Part shown: positions 33,875 through 46,437 of the stretch, in pieces
How the letters are laid out: every line of letters begins with the position of its first letter
Position numbering within the stretch: the stretch's first letter is position 1
Assembly: GCA_000146045.2 (NCBI GenBank)
Contig: BK006947.3
Location: 576,001-640,000 of the forward strand
Direction: 5' to 3'
Length of the DNA stretch: 64,000 bases
DNA from: TPA_inf: Saccharomyces
Lineage: Eukaryota
The notes under the pieces: generated by a model
What the model was told of the DNA's origin: nothing
Seen by the model: only the letters and a program-made list of their open reading frames with translations
Database searches by the model: none
Program-made: the position numbers and the translations under genes

Positions 33875-35665
33875 CATGAACTCTGTCCAGAAGAAACCTT
33901 GTATCTGAAGAAAAAAAAAATTAAAACGAAGAATAAACTGATTCAGTTTTTAAAATCCTTGACAGAGGCAAAGTTTAGTTCGAAGTTTTATAAACGCGTG
34001 TTGAAAGATCCTCCAAAAATTGGGATTGCTATATCTGGCGGCGGGTACAGATCCATGTTAGTAGGTACCGGATTTATTTCCCAAATGAACGATTATGGCC
34101 TTTTTGAATATTCGGATTATATTGCTGGATTATCAGGCGGAAGTTGGATCTTGATGGATTTGGTAGTTCAAAATTTTGAAGTAAAATCCCTGCTACAAGA
34201 GTGGGACCTTGAAGAGGATCTTTTATTAGGCATACCGGAATTCGATATTTCCGAAGAAGAAATTGTTACCAATGCAAAAAAGGAGTATAATGATAATGAT
34301 TTGAAGATGAAGAAGCGTCAGGGGGGTTCTCTGATTACAAGCTCTTCAAATTTTTATGAACAAATAGAGGAGATCATGAATTCCATAGAAGAAATCCCAG
34401 AAGACTATATGATAACGAAGAGAAACTTGAATCCATTAGCAAGACTAAAAAAAATATTCTTTCCTAACAACACTTTCACTGGAACTGATGCGAAGATTGA
34501 AACCTTTAAAAAAGTGCTAGACTTTTACAAAAGTTTGCATTTGAAAATTAAGCCTAAAAAAATGGAGGGTTTCCAAATATCGTTCACCGATTATTGGGGT
34601 AAAGCAATCGTTCAAAGACTAAAAAAAAATTTCGATGACGATCCCAACCATTCCTTTTCGTTTTCGAAGCTTGTAAACTCGTCTAAAAAATTTAAGGAAT
34701 GCAGTGTGCCGATCCCAATATTCGTTGCAAATTGCAAAAATGGACTTCTTTCAAACGTTATATTTGAATTTACGCCCTTTGAATTTGGATCTTGGGAAAA
34801 TATCCTCAGACTTTTCGTCAAGTTGCCCTATTTGGGCTCAAAAATTGTTTCTGGAAAGGCCGAGAAGTGTATTAATAACTTTGATGATCTAGGTTTTATT
34901 ACTGCGACGTCTTCTTCAATATTCAACAATGTGCTCATCTTCATCTGGAATTTGGCTTCTCAGTCCTCCAGAGAAGCAATGAAAGCTTTGAATATGGTTA
35001 TGGGAATTTTTGGCCTAGGTAAAGAGGAAATATTTAGTATTTCGAAAGACTCCTCGAGATTAGAGACAGACTATGCCGTATATCAACCCAATCCCTTTTA
35101 TCTTTATCCTGAAAAAGACAATGTCCTAACTAACAAAAATCATTTATACCTTGTAGACGGCGGAGAAGACGGCGAGAATATTCCACTCAGAACATTGGTG
35201 ATTCCTGAAAGGGAACTAGATGTAATTTTTGTTCTGGATTCTAGTTCGGATATTGACAACTATCCAAACGGCTCCAAGTTAAAAAGGATATTCGAAAAAT
35301 TAGATGAAGAGAACGTTCATTACCAATTTCCGAACAATGTAAAAACATTCACTCACCCCATTGTTATAGGATGCAATGCTACCAAAAGAACTGGACATGA
35401 TTCATTTTTGCCAATTATAATTTATCATGCCAATGCGAATCATGGAAACGCATCTAATACGTCGACATTCAAAATAACTTACAATCAGTCTGAAGTTAGC
35501 AGTATGTTACCCACTGGAAGGGGAGTGTTTAGCAATGATTATGACCTTTATTATAAAAATTGCTTAGGCTGTATATTAACCAAAAGAACAATGGACAGGC
35601 TCCCAAGAAAAAAGAAATTTTCGCCATTTTGCTTACAATGCTTTAAAGACTACTGTTACTCATAA
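33875..35665 (+). CDS. SPO1: SPO1 exon 2: lysophospholipase (PLB) catalytic domain
   Basis: GIAISGGGYRSM and GLSGGSW phospholipase B motifs; C-terminal Cys-rich tail. Confidence 0.85.
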   Translation, partial: HELCPEETLYLKKKKIKTKNKLIQFLKSLTEAKFSSKFYKRVLKDPPKIGIAISGGGYRSMLVGTGFISQMNDYGLFEYSDYIAGLSGGSWILMDLVVQNFEVKSLLQEWDLEEDLLLGIPEFDISEEEIVTNAKKEYNDNDLKMKKRQGGSLITSSSNFYEQIEEIMNSIEEIPEDYMITKRNLNPLARLKKIFFPNNTFTGTDAKIETFKKVLDFYKSLHLKIKPKKMEGFQISFTDYWGKAIVQRLKKNFDDDPNHSFSFSKLVNSSKKFKECSVPIPIFVANCKNGLLSNVIFEFTPFEFGSWENILRLFVKLPYLGSKIVSGKAEKCINNFDDLGFITATSSSIFNNVLIFIWNLASQSSREAMKALNMVMGIFGLGKEEIFSISKDSSRLETDYAVYQPNPFYLYPEKDNVLTNKNHLYLVDGGEDGENIPLRTLVIPERELDVIFVLDSSSDIDNYPNGSKLKRIFEKLDEENVHYQFPNNVKTFTHPIVIGCNATKRTGHDSFLPIIIYHANANHGNASNTSTFKITYNQSEVSSMLPTGRGVFSNDYDLYYKNCLGCILTKRTMDRLPRKKKFSPFCLQCFKDYCYS

Positions 35666-35835
35666 GAGAGTAGACTTTTTCTGTGAAATTTAATGAGTTT
35701 TTGTTCACCTTTTTTACTTTTCTTCTATGCCATATGGTTAAATAAAACATGGTTCAAACGCGATTCTTTTTTATTATCTATGTCTTTATTATGTAGTCTT
35801 CACTATAATAACCGTTAATGAGCGACATAGTTGCA

Positions 35836-37170
35836 TCAGTTTTTAAGGCCAATTTGATTCAGAACCTTTTCAAGTTCTTCACTTTCCATCTTATCCGAAG
35901 ACGCGATCTGGTGGCATCTAATACTATGCTTCTCGAATATCGTTTCATCAATTTCAATTTCACCATTTTTTAGGTAAACAATATCAGTAATAAAATCTTG
36001 CCATTCAAAGTCATCATTCTCTGAATGGACACCCTTAGATTGCCTATAGCCTGCTATTGCCCTACTCATAGAATCTATGATCATTTGAACGTAGTGTAAA
36101 CCGTCTAAACCAAAAACCTCTCTATCATATTTATTATTTATGAGCAAAACTTTTTTCGTATTATTAGATTCCAAAATTACTTCAGCAAGATTACCAAGAA
36201 TAAGGATTGGGAGTAAACTTGTCATTAAAGAACCGATAGAATAAACGACCATGTCAGCTTTTTTCACCTTGGAAATAGCTCTTGGATTTCCCATTGGTTT
36301 TATCTCTTCGCCATATGGGTTTATATACAATATCCTATGTACCGGAGCAGGTAGATTCTGTGATTCATCAAGCTTGTCAAAATGCAACTGGGAGTTTTTC
36401 AGTTCTGGAAGAATATAGATAGGATTGGCATACTCCTCTTCCGCTTCTTCTTCCTCATCGTCGAGGAGAATTTTCAAATGGTCGTCATAAGAGCCAAGTA
36501 AATGAATAAATTTAGCTGAATGTGCTATGCTATTATCTTTAGGAACAGATTTCGAGGGATGCGATATTTGTGATTGGCCAGTTATCATCTCACCATTCGT
36601 CAACAAAGCCGAGATATGATGTGTGTGATTGGTATTTATACATGGAATAACATGAACTAGAGGACTGCACCTTCCTATCCTCATCATTAGTTCAATAGAT
36701 GCGTCTAGAGAACCTAAAAACAATCTAGCACCAGTTAAGAAAAAATTTCCAATGGATGCACTCTCAAACTGAAATGGATTCGAGTGTTTGATTTTTTTCA
36801 AGAGTTCTGCTTGCATATGGATAATAAAAGAACGACACATTTCCTTAACTTCTATCGAAATATTTTTCCATATGGGATGCGAACCTTCCACTATTTCATT
36901 CCATTCTTTCTTAGCTAATAACTTATCATTAGGTAGCCTATGGCCAAACAACTCGACAAGCTGTTCATCTTGAAGTAGTCTCACTATTCTAGATCTGATA
37001 TCACCAATTGCTGGGCCACCAACTATTCGTAGAATTTCACTTGTGGACCCGCCATTATCTGATATTGGCAATATATACGTCAGCTCATGTCCTTTTAAGA
37101 TAGAAATATTAGAAAAGCAAGGAGTCAATGAATTTGTGGCAGTCCCACCGGAGCACACAACGACGTTCAT
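35836..37170 (-). CDS. Uncharacterised protein of the CofD / YvcK (UPF0052, 2-phospho-L-lactate transferase-like, gluconeogenesis-factor) family, 444 aa
   Basis: N-terminal VVVCSGGTATNSL glycine-rich motif typical of the CofD/YvcK fold. Length and position match YNL011C. Confidence 0.75.
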   Translation of the reverse strand: MNVVVCSGGTATNSLTPCFSNISILKGHELTYILPISDNGGSTSEILRIVGGPAIGDIRSRIVRLLQDEQLVELFGHRLPNDKLLAKKEWNEIVEGSHPIWKNISIEVKEMCRSFIIHMQAELLKKIKHSNPFQFESASIGNFFLTGARLFLGSLDASIELMMRIGRCSPLVHVIPCINTNHTHHISALLTNGEMITGQSQISHPSKSVPKDNSIAHSAKFIHLLGSYDDHLKILLDDEEEEAEEEYANPIYILPELKNSQLHFDKLDESQNLPAPVHRILYINPYGEEIKPMGNPRAISKVKKADMVVYSIGSLMTSLLPILILGNLAEVILESNNTKKVLLINNKYDREVFGLDGLHYVQMIIDSMSRAIAGYRQSKGVHSENDDFEWQDFITDIVYLKNGEIEIDETIFEKHSIRCHQIASSDKMESEELEKVLNQIGLKN

Positions 37171-37634
37171 CTAGTAAACTATCTCACCACACTCTGCTAT
37201 TTTGTCCCCTTATTACCTCGAGGGAACAAAAGATTCCGTTTCCTCTCTTTCATAGTCCGCCTAAATAGCTTAAGAAATAAACCCAAACATCACACATTAG
37301 CGTTCTTTAGGAAATACGAAACAGGTTAATACAACAGTAGTAACTTTCCACATAATATCTAAGCATTACACGCTGAAAAAAACTCTTTATTGGATATCAA
37401 CAACCCAACACATTGTACGACATATTCTTTTATCGTTCTACTATGGTACCCTGTTCAAATCTCTTTTTCTAAAATGAGCGAAATTTTCGAAAATTATCGC
37501 ATAATTTTTCATCATCTTAAATTAAAAAAATACAGTGTCCTCTATTGTTTATCTCAACAGAACGCACACATTCTTGAAACTTGCTCACATAACATAAGCT
37601 GGAGTGACATAGCATTTATATATATACAAGGGAA

Positions 37635-38360
37635 ATGGTCAAAGCTGTTATTTTTACCGATTTCGACGGTACCGTTACTTTGGAAGATTCTAACGATTAT
37701 CTGACCGATACTTTAGGTTTCGGTAAGGAAAAAAGATTAAAGGTCTTCGAAGGCGTGTTAGATGATACTAAGTCTTTTAGGCAAGGTTTCATGGAAATGC
37801 TGGAATCCATCCACACCCCTTTCCCTGAGTGTATCAAGATCTTAGAAAAGAAAATTCGATTGGATCCTGGTTTCAAGGATACATTCGAATGGGCTCAAGA
37901 AAATGATGTCCCTGTCATCGTTGTTTCCAGCGGAATGAAACCAATTATCAAGGTTTTATTGACCAGATTAGTTGGACAAGAGTCTATTCACAAAATTGAC
38001 ATTGTTTCCAATGAAGTGGAAATCGATGCACATGATCAATGGAAAATCATCTATAAGGATGAAAGTCCCTTCGGACATGACAAATCCAGAAGTATCGATG
38101 CTTATAAAAAGAAATTTGAATCTACCTTGAAAGCAGGTGAACAAAGACCCGTTTACTTTTACTGTGGTGACGGTGTTTCTGATCTAAGTGCTGCAAAAGA
38201 ATGTGATTTGCTATTTGCCAAAAGAGGTAAAGATTTGGTCACTTATTGTAAAAAACAAAACGTCCCATTCCATGAATTCGATACCTTCAAAGACATCTTG
38301 GCTAGCATGAAACAAGTTCTGGCTGGTGAAAAGACAGTCGCTGAATTGATGGAAAATTAG
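37635..38360 (+). CDS. PYP1: HAD-superfamily phosphatase (phosphoserine-phosphatase-like; polyol phosphatase), 241 aa
   Basis: HAD motif I FTDFDGTVT at the N-terminus and motif IV GDGVSD. Matches YNL010W. Confidence 0.8.
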   Translation: MVKAVIFTDFDGTVTLEDSNDYLTDTLGFGKEKRLKVFEGVLDDTKSFRQGFMEMLESIHTPFPECIKILEKKIRLDPGFKDTFEWAQENDVPVIVVSSGMKPIIKVLLTRLVGQESIHKIDIVSNEVEIDAHDQWKIIYKDESPFGHDKSRSIDAYKKKFESTLKAGEQRPVYFYCGDGVSDLSAAKECDLLFAKRGKDLVTYCKKQNVPFHEFDTFKDILASMKQVLAGEKTVAELMEN

Positions 38361-38820
38361 TGCAAGACTCTTACGAAATATTAAAGTTTAATACCGTGTA
38401 ACTGCCTCTTACATATGTATGCATATATACGTACGTACTATATTTTTCTTGTATATCTTTTTTATTGTCTGAGAGAAAGAACATCAAAAAATAAAGGAAG
38501 ATCCTCCTCGGATTTAGCATGCTTAATGCCGAATCTTTAATACAAAACGAATGATATTTCAAGTATACTAATTAGAAATCAATCAAACATACCAAAAGGG
38601 ACAGTAAAGAGAAAAGCAGGAGCTCTCTTTTAGGGGAAAAGTAAAATGTGATTAGTATTTCGTTGCGTGTACTAGTCAACTCTTCTTGTCATTCTTAAAT
38701 TTACATTAATTACCCCAATTTTGCATCTTCGTATATAAGAGTGTTCCCCTTATAAGCTTTCTCCTGCACATACCTGCAGTAAACACAAGCAACACTTTAG
38801 AGATAGTTGTCCAAGTTAAA

Positions 38821-40083
38821 ATGAGTAAAATTAAAGTTGTTCATCCCATCGTGGAAATGGACGGTGATGAGCAGACAAGAGTTATTTGGAAACTTATCAA
38901 AGAAAAATTGATATTGCCATATTTAGATGTGGATTTAAAATACTATGACCTTTCAATCCAAGAGCGTGATAGGACTAATGATCAAGTAACAAAGGATTCT
39001 TCTTATGCTACCCTAAAATATGGGGTTGCTGTCAAATGTGCCACTATAACACCCGATGAGGCAAGAATGAAAGAATTTAACCTTAAAGAAATGTGGAAAT
39101 CTCCAAATGGAACAATCAGAAACATCCTAGGTGGAACTGTATTTAGAGAACCCATCATTATTCCAAAAATACCTCGTCTAGTCCCTCACTGGGAGAAACC
39201 TATAATTATAGGCCGTCATGCTTTTGGTGACCAATATAGGGCTACTGACATCAAGATTAAAAAAGCAGGCAAACTAAGGTTACAGTTTAGCTCAGATGAC
39301 GGTAAAGAAAACATCGATTTAAAGGTTTATGAATTTCCTAAAAGTGGTGGGATCGCAATGGCAATGTTTAATACAAATGATTCCATTAAAGGGTTCGCAA
39401 AGGCATCCTTCGAATTAGCTCTCAAAAGAAAACTACCGTTATTCTTTACAACCAAAAACACTATTCTGAAAAATTATGATAATCAGTTCAAACAAATTTT
39501 CGATAATTTGTTCGATAAAGAATATAAGGAAAAGTTTCAGGCTTTAAAAATAACGTACGAGCATCGTTTGATTGATGATATGGTAGCACAGATGCTAAAA
39601 TCAAAGGGCGGGTTTATAATCGCCATGAAGAATTATGATGGCGATGTCCAGTCTGACATTGTGGCACAAGGATTTGGGTCTCTTGGTTTAATGACGTCCA
39701 TATTGATTACACCTGATGGTAAAACGTTTGAAAGCGAGGCTGCCCATGGTACGGTGACCAGACATTTTAGAAAACATCAAAGAGGCGAAGAAACATCAAC
39801 AAATTCAATAGCCTCAATATTTGCCTGGACAAGGGCAATTATACAAAGAGGAAAATTAGACAATACAGATGATGTTATAAAATTTGGAAACTTACTAGAA
39901 AAGGCTACTTTGGACACAGTTCAAGTGGGCGGAAAAATGACCAAGGATTTAGCATTGATGCTTGGAAAGACTAATAGATCATCATATGTAACCACAGAAG
40001 AGTTTATTGATGAAGTTGCCAAGAGGCTTCAAAACATGATGCTCAGCTCCAATGAAGACAAGAAAGGTATGTGCAAACTATAA
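38821..40083 (+). CDS. IDP3: Peroxisomal NADP-dependent isocitrate dehydrogenase, 420 aa
   Basis: IDH family sequence ending in the PTS1-like tripeptide CKL; position fits YNL009W. Confidence 0.92.
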   Translation: MSKIKVVHPIVEMDGDEQTRVIWKLIKEKLILPYLDVDLKYYDLSIQERDRTNDQVTKDSSYATLKYGVAVKCATITPDEARMKEFNLKEMWKSPNGTIRNILGGTVFREPIIIPKIPRLVPHWEKPIIIGRHAFGDQYRATDIKIKKAGKLRLQFSSDDGKENIDLKVYEFPKSGGIAMAMFNTNDSIKGFAKASFELALKRKLPLFFTTKNTILKNYDNQFKQIFDNLFDKEYKEKFQALKITYEHRLIDDMVAQMLKSKGGFIIAMKNYDGDVQSDIVAQGFGSLGLMTSILITPDGKTFESEAAHGTVTRHFRKHQRGEETSTNSIASIFAWTRAIIQRGKLDNTDDVIKFGNLLEKATLDTVQVGGKMTKDLALMLGKTNRSSYVTTEEFIDEVAKRLQNMMLSSNEDKKGMCKL

Positions 40084-40210
40084 ACCAATCCGCCATTCAT
40101 TTGAAAAGACAAGTCTGGCCTAGGGTTATAGTGTTCAGACTTGAGGTTGAACATATCCAAAAAAAAAAATTCCTATGATGTCTTAAATACGTATACCTAA
40201 TAAAATAATT

Positions 40211-42241
40211 CTAGACTATATTCAACTTACTGTAACCCTTCACCTCACTATCACAGCTGACGCATGTAGCAAATCCTTTATAACCCAGAGATATCCTACA
40301 ATCATCGCATAATGCAAGGCATCTACAGGGCCAAGTTACAATATTTCTTTTATTAACTTTGCAGATTAGGCAGGAGAGATCCATTTCCTCCACTTCGTCG
40401 CAACTATCAAAGGCAAAATCAAACTTGAACTCTAATTTGTCATCGTCCTTCATATTTAAACGTTTGTACATATACCTGGAGTTTGTATGATGCAGAAGGC
40501 GTTCAATAACAACATCGACTAGTACACCTTGTGGGTTTCTTTTACCATATTGTGATCTAGTCAACGGTCCATTAACCTTATTATGGACATCCATTTCATA
40601 ATTTAAAATAGACCACATGGAGATGTTCCAGGCTATTTCCTCTAAATCATCAGAATCGACAGCATTACTTGATAAATGTGTTAATTCTTTTTCTTCATCA
40701 ATAATCAACTGACTTTCCATATCACTATCAAACTCTTCATCTGAAACACTTTCATCGATTTTTCTGGGGGGAAAGTAGTCTTTTGATGAATCGTCTTCAG
40801 GAAGCAATAACTCCAGGCTTCTGAGATCACTCTCAATATTAAGCTCTTTGACGTCCGGTTTATATAAAAACTTTTTATAGTTTTTTTCTGTAACATATTT
40901 GTTTAAATCCCTCTTTTTACGCTTTCCCACTCTCGGTTTCTTATCTATACTGCTCTCAAAATTTTTACTCCACAGAAGATTTTTTAGGAGTCTAGAATAC
41001 GTCAAAATAATGGTTCTTACTAATTCAAAAAGGCCTAAATATGTCCTCGCAAAACCTGGTAACTGGGAATCGGTAGTCATTTCCTTACGAGATAACAGAT
41101 CCTCTGGTGTCGACTGGAGTTGGTTTAAATGTCCACTAACCACATAACTATTACTGAAAGCAGCGACTTCATCAACGGATTTTACGTTGTCTGATTTCTT
41201 AAATATTTTATAGTCATTCGACGTTAAAAGTAGACACAATGAAAGAGCTATTTCGTTAAACTCCTCTTCTCCATTGTAATTATTTGATCTCCACCATTTT
41301 TCCAAGTTTTTATATCTTGAATATAATGATCGGAACGGATTACTGGTGAACAAAGCCTTCAGGAAAATGCCTATAGACGCCAGTAATATGGTGGAAATAT
41401 AGAAAAAGCCAGGGAAATAATTGTGAATGAGACAGATGTTAATAAAATCTAATCCGTTCAAATAGGTCCTAGTGACGAATGCGGTAAAAAAACCCGCGTT
41501 TAATATAACTTCTCCACATAATCTATAGGCTCTTATATGAAACAATTCTACCAAATGAATTACTAATCTGTGAAAAACCGCTCCTAGTAGTTCAACATTA
41601 TCGCCAATATGCTGCTGCCCCGCGGGCATTTTGGATATGATATAAAGATTCAATGATAAACCCCATATGGAAAAATCAGAGCATATTAATGAAGGAACGT
41701 TCGTCGTTGAAGAAATAAAAATTTCAATGCAGTCAGACAGAGCTACAAATAAATAGACACTTAAAGCATAAAAATCTGTATCACTCACGTGCAGTTCATG
41801 CATGAGTCCAAATTGACTCAGAATTTGTAAAAGTGCTTTAACCAGTGAAAGAGTGGCTACTAAATGGAGCAAAGTTTTTGACCAAAGAGGTAAACGAATG
41901 TTTGTAGAATTTGATCTCAATGAAGACATTACAGTCAACCTATTCAAAATAATGGCGGTACTAAAACATAGAACAGCATACTTACTTACCGAATAGGAGA
42001 AAAACATTCTAATTCCTACCTTAGCTAGTTGCAAAGTGGTGAAGTTACCTTTCTCCATCAATGCTTGAAAAGAGTCCAAAGTTGGGGCTGAAACTATTGT
42101 AGAATTTGGACTTACAAAAACTTCCGGTTTCTGAGTTGTGTTATCTAGGTAATTAAGATTTCCAGTCTTGTTGTGAAAAAAGCTAAATACATCTCTGTTA
42201 TGGAGCAATTGCTTAACATGTTGCAATATATTTGTAGACAT
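40211..42241 (-). CDS. ASI3: Inner-nuclear-membrane RING E3 ligase subunit of the Asi complex, 676 aa
   Basis: Polytopic membrane N-terminal region; C-terminal RING (CLICKVNKRNIVTWPCRCLALCDDCRISLG...CVSC). Confidence 0.85.
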   Translation of the reverse strand: MSTNILQHVKQLLHNRDVFSFFHNKTGNLNYLDNTTQKPEVFVSPNSTIVSAPTLDSFQALMEKGNFTTLQLAKVGIRMFFSYSVSKYAVLCFSTAIILNRLTVMSSLRSNSTNIRLPLWSKTLLHLVATLSLVKALLQILSQFGLMHELHVSDTDFYALSVYLFVALSDCIEIFISSTTNVPSLICSDFSIWGLSLNLYIISKMPAGQQHIGDNVELLGAVFHRLVIHLVELFHIRAYRLCGEVILNAGFFTAFVTRTYLNGLDFINICLIHNYFPGFFYISTILLASIGIFLKALFTSNPFRSLYSRYKNLEKWWRSNNYNGEEEFNEIALSLCLLLTSNDYKIFKKSDNVKSVDEVAAFSNSYVVSGHLNQLQSTPEDLLSRKEMTTDSQLPGFARTYLGLFELVRTIILTYSRLLKNLLWSKNFESSIDKKPRVGKRKKRDLNKYVTEKNYKKFLYKPDVKELNIESDLRSLELLLPEDDSSKDYFPPRKIDESVSDEEFDSDMESQLIIDEEKELTHLSSNAVDSDDLEEIAWNISMWSILNYEMDVHNKVNGPLTRSQYGKRNPQGVLVDVVIERLLHHTNSRYMYKRLNMKDDDKLEFKFDFAFDSCDEVEEMDLSCLICKVNKRNIVTWPCRCLALCDDCRISLGYKGFATCVSCDSEVKGYSKLNIV

Positions 42242-42388
42242 CAGTCAAACTTTTGAAAATCCCTACGTAATGACTGTTCCTGACAAATTGTAGCCTCTCG
42301 GTGACCTTCTGTCAAGTCAACCATTCCTTACATACATCATTTATATGCCAGAGGGCAGGGTAATGCAGACATACAAAAACTTTAATTT

Positions 42389-42407
42389 ACCGCGCACCGC
42401 ACCGCGC
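42389..42407. promoter_or_regulatory. GC-rich direct repeat accgcgcaccgcaccgcgc containing two CGCGC cores (Rsc3/Rsc30-type motif) about 150 bp upstream of ASI3
   Basis: Read directly; a conspicuous GC island in an AT-rich intergenic. Functional assignment is inference. Confidence 0.25.
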
Positions 42408-42506
42408 AATTTAAGATTATTGAGTCAAAATTAATGATGTATATTATATGATTTCTGTGGTGATAAATTTATTTGAGTTTATAATTATATTTGCTTAGGA
42501 TTACTA

Positions 42507-43565
42507 TTAAAAATTTTCATCTATAGCACGTTTTTGAGCGTCGTTTAGTGATATTGGATAGTCCACTTTATATTTTACAATCAAATTACCTCTCTGAGAT
42601 GGGTTCTTTGGAGTTGGCATACCTTGACCAGGATAAGTAGAAGTTTGTGAGGGTTGGACAGGCTGTACTCTCGACAAAGGTAAGGTTCTGCCATCAATTG
42701 TTTGGATAGTTTTTGAAAAACCTAACAATGATTCCTTGAAAGATAGTGGCAGAGTGTAAATTAGGTCATCACCGTCTCTTTTAAAGTTTGGATGGCTCTT
42801 TTCCTGGATGACAAACTGCAAAGTCTTTCTACGGCCCGTTTGAGGATTGTAATCACCCTGGTTCTTGTATGTTATTTTGGTACCAGCTTTCCAACCCGGT
42901 TTTAATTGAATGTCAATTTGTGTCTTTTCAGAGGCCCCATGTGGGCCCTTTCTTCCAATTTTAAATGACTTCTTTTTACCAACAAACAAATCTTCTAGAC
43001 TAACTGGTAAATTAACTTGAACTGTTTCTTCCTCTGGATACGTGGGAGAGCTTGATGCTGATCTAAAGCCGCCAGGCATACCTCCCATGCCGCCATGCAT
43101 TCCTCCCATTCCTCCAGGCATACCTCCCATACCAGCACCGCCGCCAGATGGATAACTAGAGAAACTGAAGCCACTGTCATCAGCACCACCGAATGGGGAA
43201 CTGCCGCCAAAGAATTGTGAAAAAATATTGAAAGCATCCTCATTACTGAACGCATGTCCTCCGGAGAATCCGCCCGCACCGCCAGGGAAGCCTCCAGCAC
43301 CTCCAGCACCGCCAGGACCACCAGGACCAAAGCTTGGACCACCAGATCTAGCAGCCTCGAGACCGTATTGATCATATATTTCCCTTTTTTGAGGATCATT
43401 TAAAATTTCAAAGGCCTCTGATATCTCCTTAAACTTTTCTGTGTCACCTGTTGGCTTATCTGGATGATATTTTAGAGCTGCTTTTCTATAACCCTTTTTC
43501 AGTTCTTGCTCATTAGCACTTGGAGATACTCCAAGTAAATCATAAAGTTTTGTCTCCTTGACCAT
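42507..43565 (-). CDS. SIS1: Type II Hsp40 (DnaJ) co-chaperone, 352 aa
   Basis: J domain with HPD (KYHPDKP); G/F-rich then G/M-rich region ([20 protein letters not shown]); C-terminal peptide-binding domains. Confidence 0.95.
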   Translation of the reverse strand: MVKETKLYDLLGVSPSANEQELKKGYRKAALKYHPDKPTGDTEKFKEISEAFEILNDPQKREIYDQYGLEAARSGGPSFGPGGPGGAGGAGGFPGGAGGFSGGHAFSNEDAFNIFSQFFGGSSPFGGADDSGFSFSSYPSGGGAGMGGMPGGMGGMHGGMGGMPGGFRSASSSPTYPEEETVQVNLPVSLEDLFVGKKKSFKIGRKGPHGASEKTQIDIQLKPGWKAGTKITYKNQGDYNPQTGRRKTLQFVIQEKSHPNFKRDGDDLIYTLPLSFKESLLGFSKTIQTIDGRTLPLSRVQPVQPSQTSTYPGQGMPTPKNPSQRGNLIVKYKVDYPISLNDAQKRAIDENF

Positions 43566-43886
43566 TATTAGTTCTGTATACTATACTCTATTATATTGAT
43601 GTGAATGTATTAAAAAAAAAATCTTAAAATGCAAACAACTTATCCTTTATCCTCTGAAGAGTTTCTGGATGGTTATACAATTCTAAGTCGTTAAAAGAAT
43701 TCGTGTAAGAGCTTAAATAATATTAATTAGAATTTTTGACAAGAAAGCGCATAAGTTTAAAAAGGGATTAACAATACGGTAAAGGGACGAGAAATCTATA
43801 CAATATATATTAAATCTCGAACTACCTTGGCAAGGAGTTTGTGCTGACAGTGGTTGAAAAACCCGTAAAAGGATATCCCATTCTTT

Positions 43887-43909
43887 TTCCAGAAGTTTCT
43901 GGAACGTTC
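43887..43909. promoter_or_regulatory. Heat-shock element (Hsf1 site) in the SIS1 promoter
   Basis: TTCcaGAAgtTTCtgGAAcgTTC: five contiguous alternating nGAAn/nTTCn units, about 320 bp upstream of the SIS1 ATG. Confidence 0.8.
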
Positions 43910-44066
43910 ATATAAACCAAAGAGGGTAACACAATACGTTAAGATTCAGAAAAGTAACGACTAGCTATTACTGATCATGTTATAGAAGAGTGCGACAACC
44001 ATATATTATTAGCGCAGCGATCAACGTGGCAGTCTTGTCATCCATATAAAAAAGGAGTTCTGATTG

Positions 44067-44978
44067 ATGTCTGTTATCTTAGTATCTGCTGGCTATGACC
44101 ACACAATAAGATTTTGGGAGGCTCTTACTGGGGTTTGTTCAAGAACAATTCAGCATTCCGACTCACAGGTTAATCGCTTAGAAATCACCAACGATAAAAA
44201 GTTGTTGGCAACAGCAGGCCATCAAAACGTACGGCTTTATGACATTCGGACGACAAATCCCAATCCAGTAGCATCCTTTGAGGGTCATCGGGGAAACGTT
44301 ACCTCCGTTTCTTTTCAACAGGACAACAGATGGATGGTGACCTCTAGCGAAGATGGGACCATTAAAGTTTGGGATGTGCGTTCTCCGTCCATTCCTAGAA
44401 ATTACAAACATAACGCACCAGTAAATGAAGTCGTAATTCATCCTAACCAAGGCGAGTTGATATCTTGTGATAGAGATGGTAATATAAGAATTTGGGACTT
44501 AGGAGAAAATCAGTGTACCCATCAATTGACACCTGAGGACGATACCTCTCTCCAGTCTTTATCTATGGCAAGTGATGGTTCGATGTTAGCGGCAGCAAAT
44601 ACTAAAGGTAATTGTTACGTATGGGAAATGCCAAATCATACTGACGCATCCCATCTAAAACCGGTAACAAAATTCAGAGCGCACTCCACATATATAACTA
44701 GAATTCTACTATCATCTGATGTAAAACATTTGGCAACATGTTCAGCGGATCACACTGCTCGTGTGTGGTCGATTGATGATGATTTTAAGCTAGAAACGAC
44801 ATTGGATGGCCACCAAAGGTGGGTTTGGGATTGCGCATTTAGTGCTGACAGTGCGTATCTAGTAACGGCATCGTCCGATCATTACGTGAGATTATGGGAT
44901 TTATCAACTAGAGAAATTGTCAGACAGTACGGTGGACACCACAAGGGAGCTGTATGTGTCGCATTAAACGATGTATAG
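44067..44978 (+). CDS. LST8: WD40-repeat subunit of TORC1 and TORC2, 303 aa
   Basis: Seven WD repeats (multiple WD dipeptides: RFWE, KVWDV, RIWDL, YVWEM, RVWSI, RLWDL). ATG at 44067; the track start at 44064 is TTG. Confidence 0.92.
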   Translation: MSVILVSAGYDHTIRFWEALTGVCSRTIQHSDSQVNRLEITNDKKLLATAGHQNVRLYDIRTTNPNPVASFEGHRGNVTSVSFQQDNRWMVTSSEDGTIKVWDVRSPSIPRNYKHNAPVNEVVIHPNQGELISCDRDGNIRIWDLGENQCTHQLTPEDDTSLQSLSMASDGSMLAAANTKGNCYVWEMPNHTDASHLKPVTKFRAHSTYITRILLSSDVKHLATCSADHTARVWSIDDDFKLETTLDGHQRWVWDCAFSADSAYLVTASSDHYVRLWDLSTREIVRQYGGHHKGAVCVALNDV

Positions 44979-45312
44979 TTTACAATTTATCAACTACCAA
45001 GCTTGAAGGACCGAAGTGACAAAAAACATTATGATTTTCAGTGTTTGCTTATCCGCCTTTTTGTAAATATAGATTTTACTATCCTGTGCATTTTAGTTAA
45101 TTGATTGTTCACAAAATGAAAGCAATCGCGATGCATATCATCAATGAAAGGAAGACGAGAATGTACAGTATAAACATATTCCCTTGCATGTAGCACTAAA
45201 TTTTAAGTTTCGTGTAGACGAAAGGTTTAGCTACTTGCGCGACAAAATAGTAATATTTACAGGCATTCTTAAACATTTTATATGTGTACATACTGTGCGT
45301 AAGGAAAGAAAA

Positions 45313-46437
<1,125 letters not shown>

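Noticed and set aside
42995-43399. 134-aa ORF inside SIS1 on the same strand in another frame
   Set aside because: Produced by the GC-rich G/F-G/M repeat region of SIS1, which lacks stops in several frames; SIS1's own frame gives the full J-protein.
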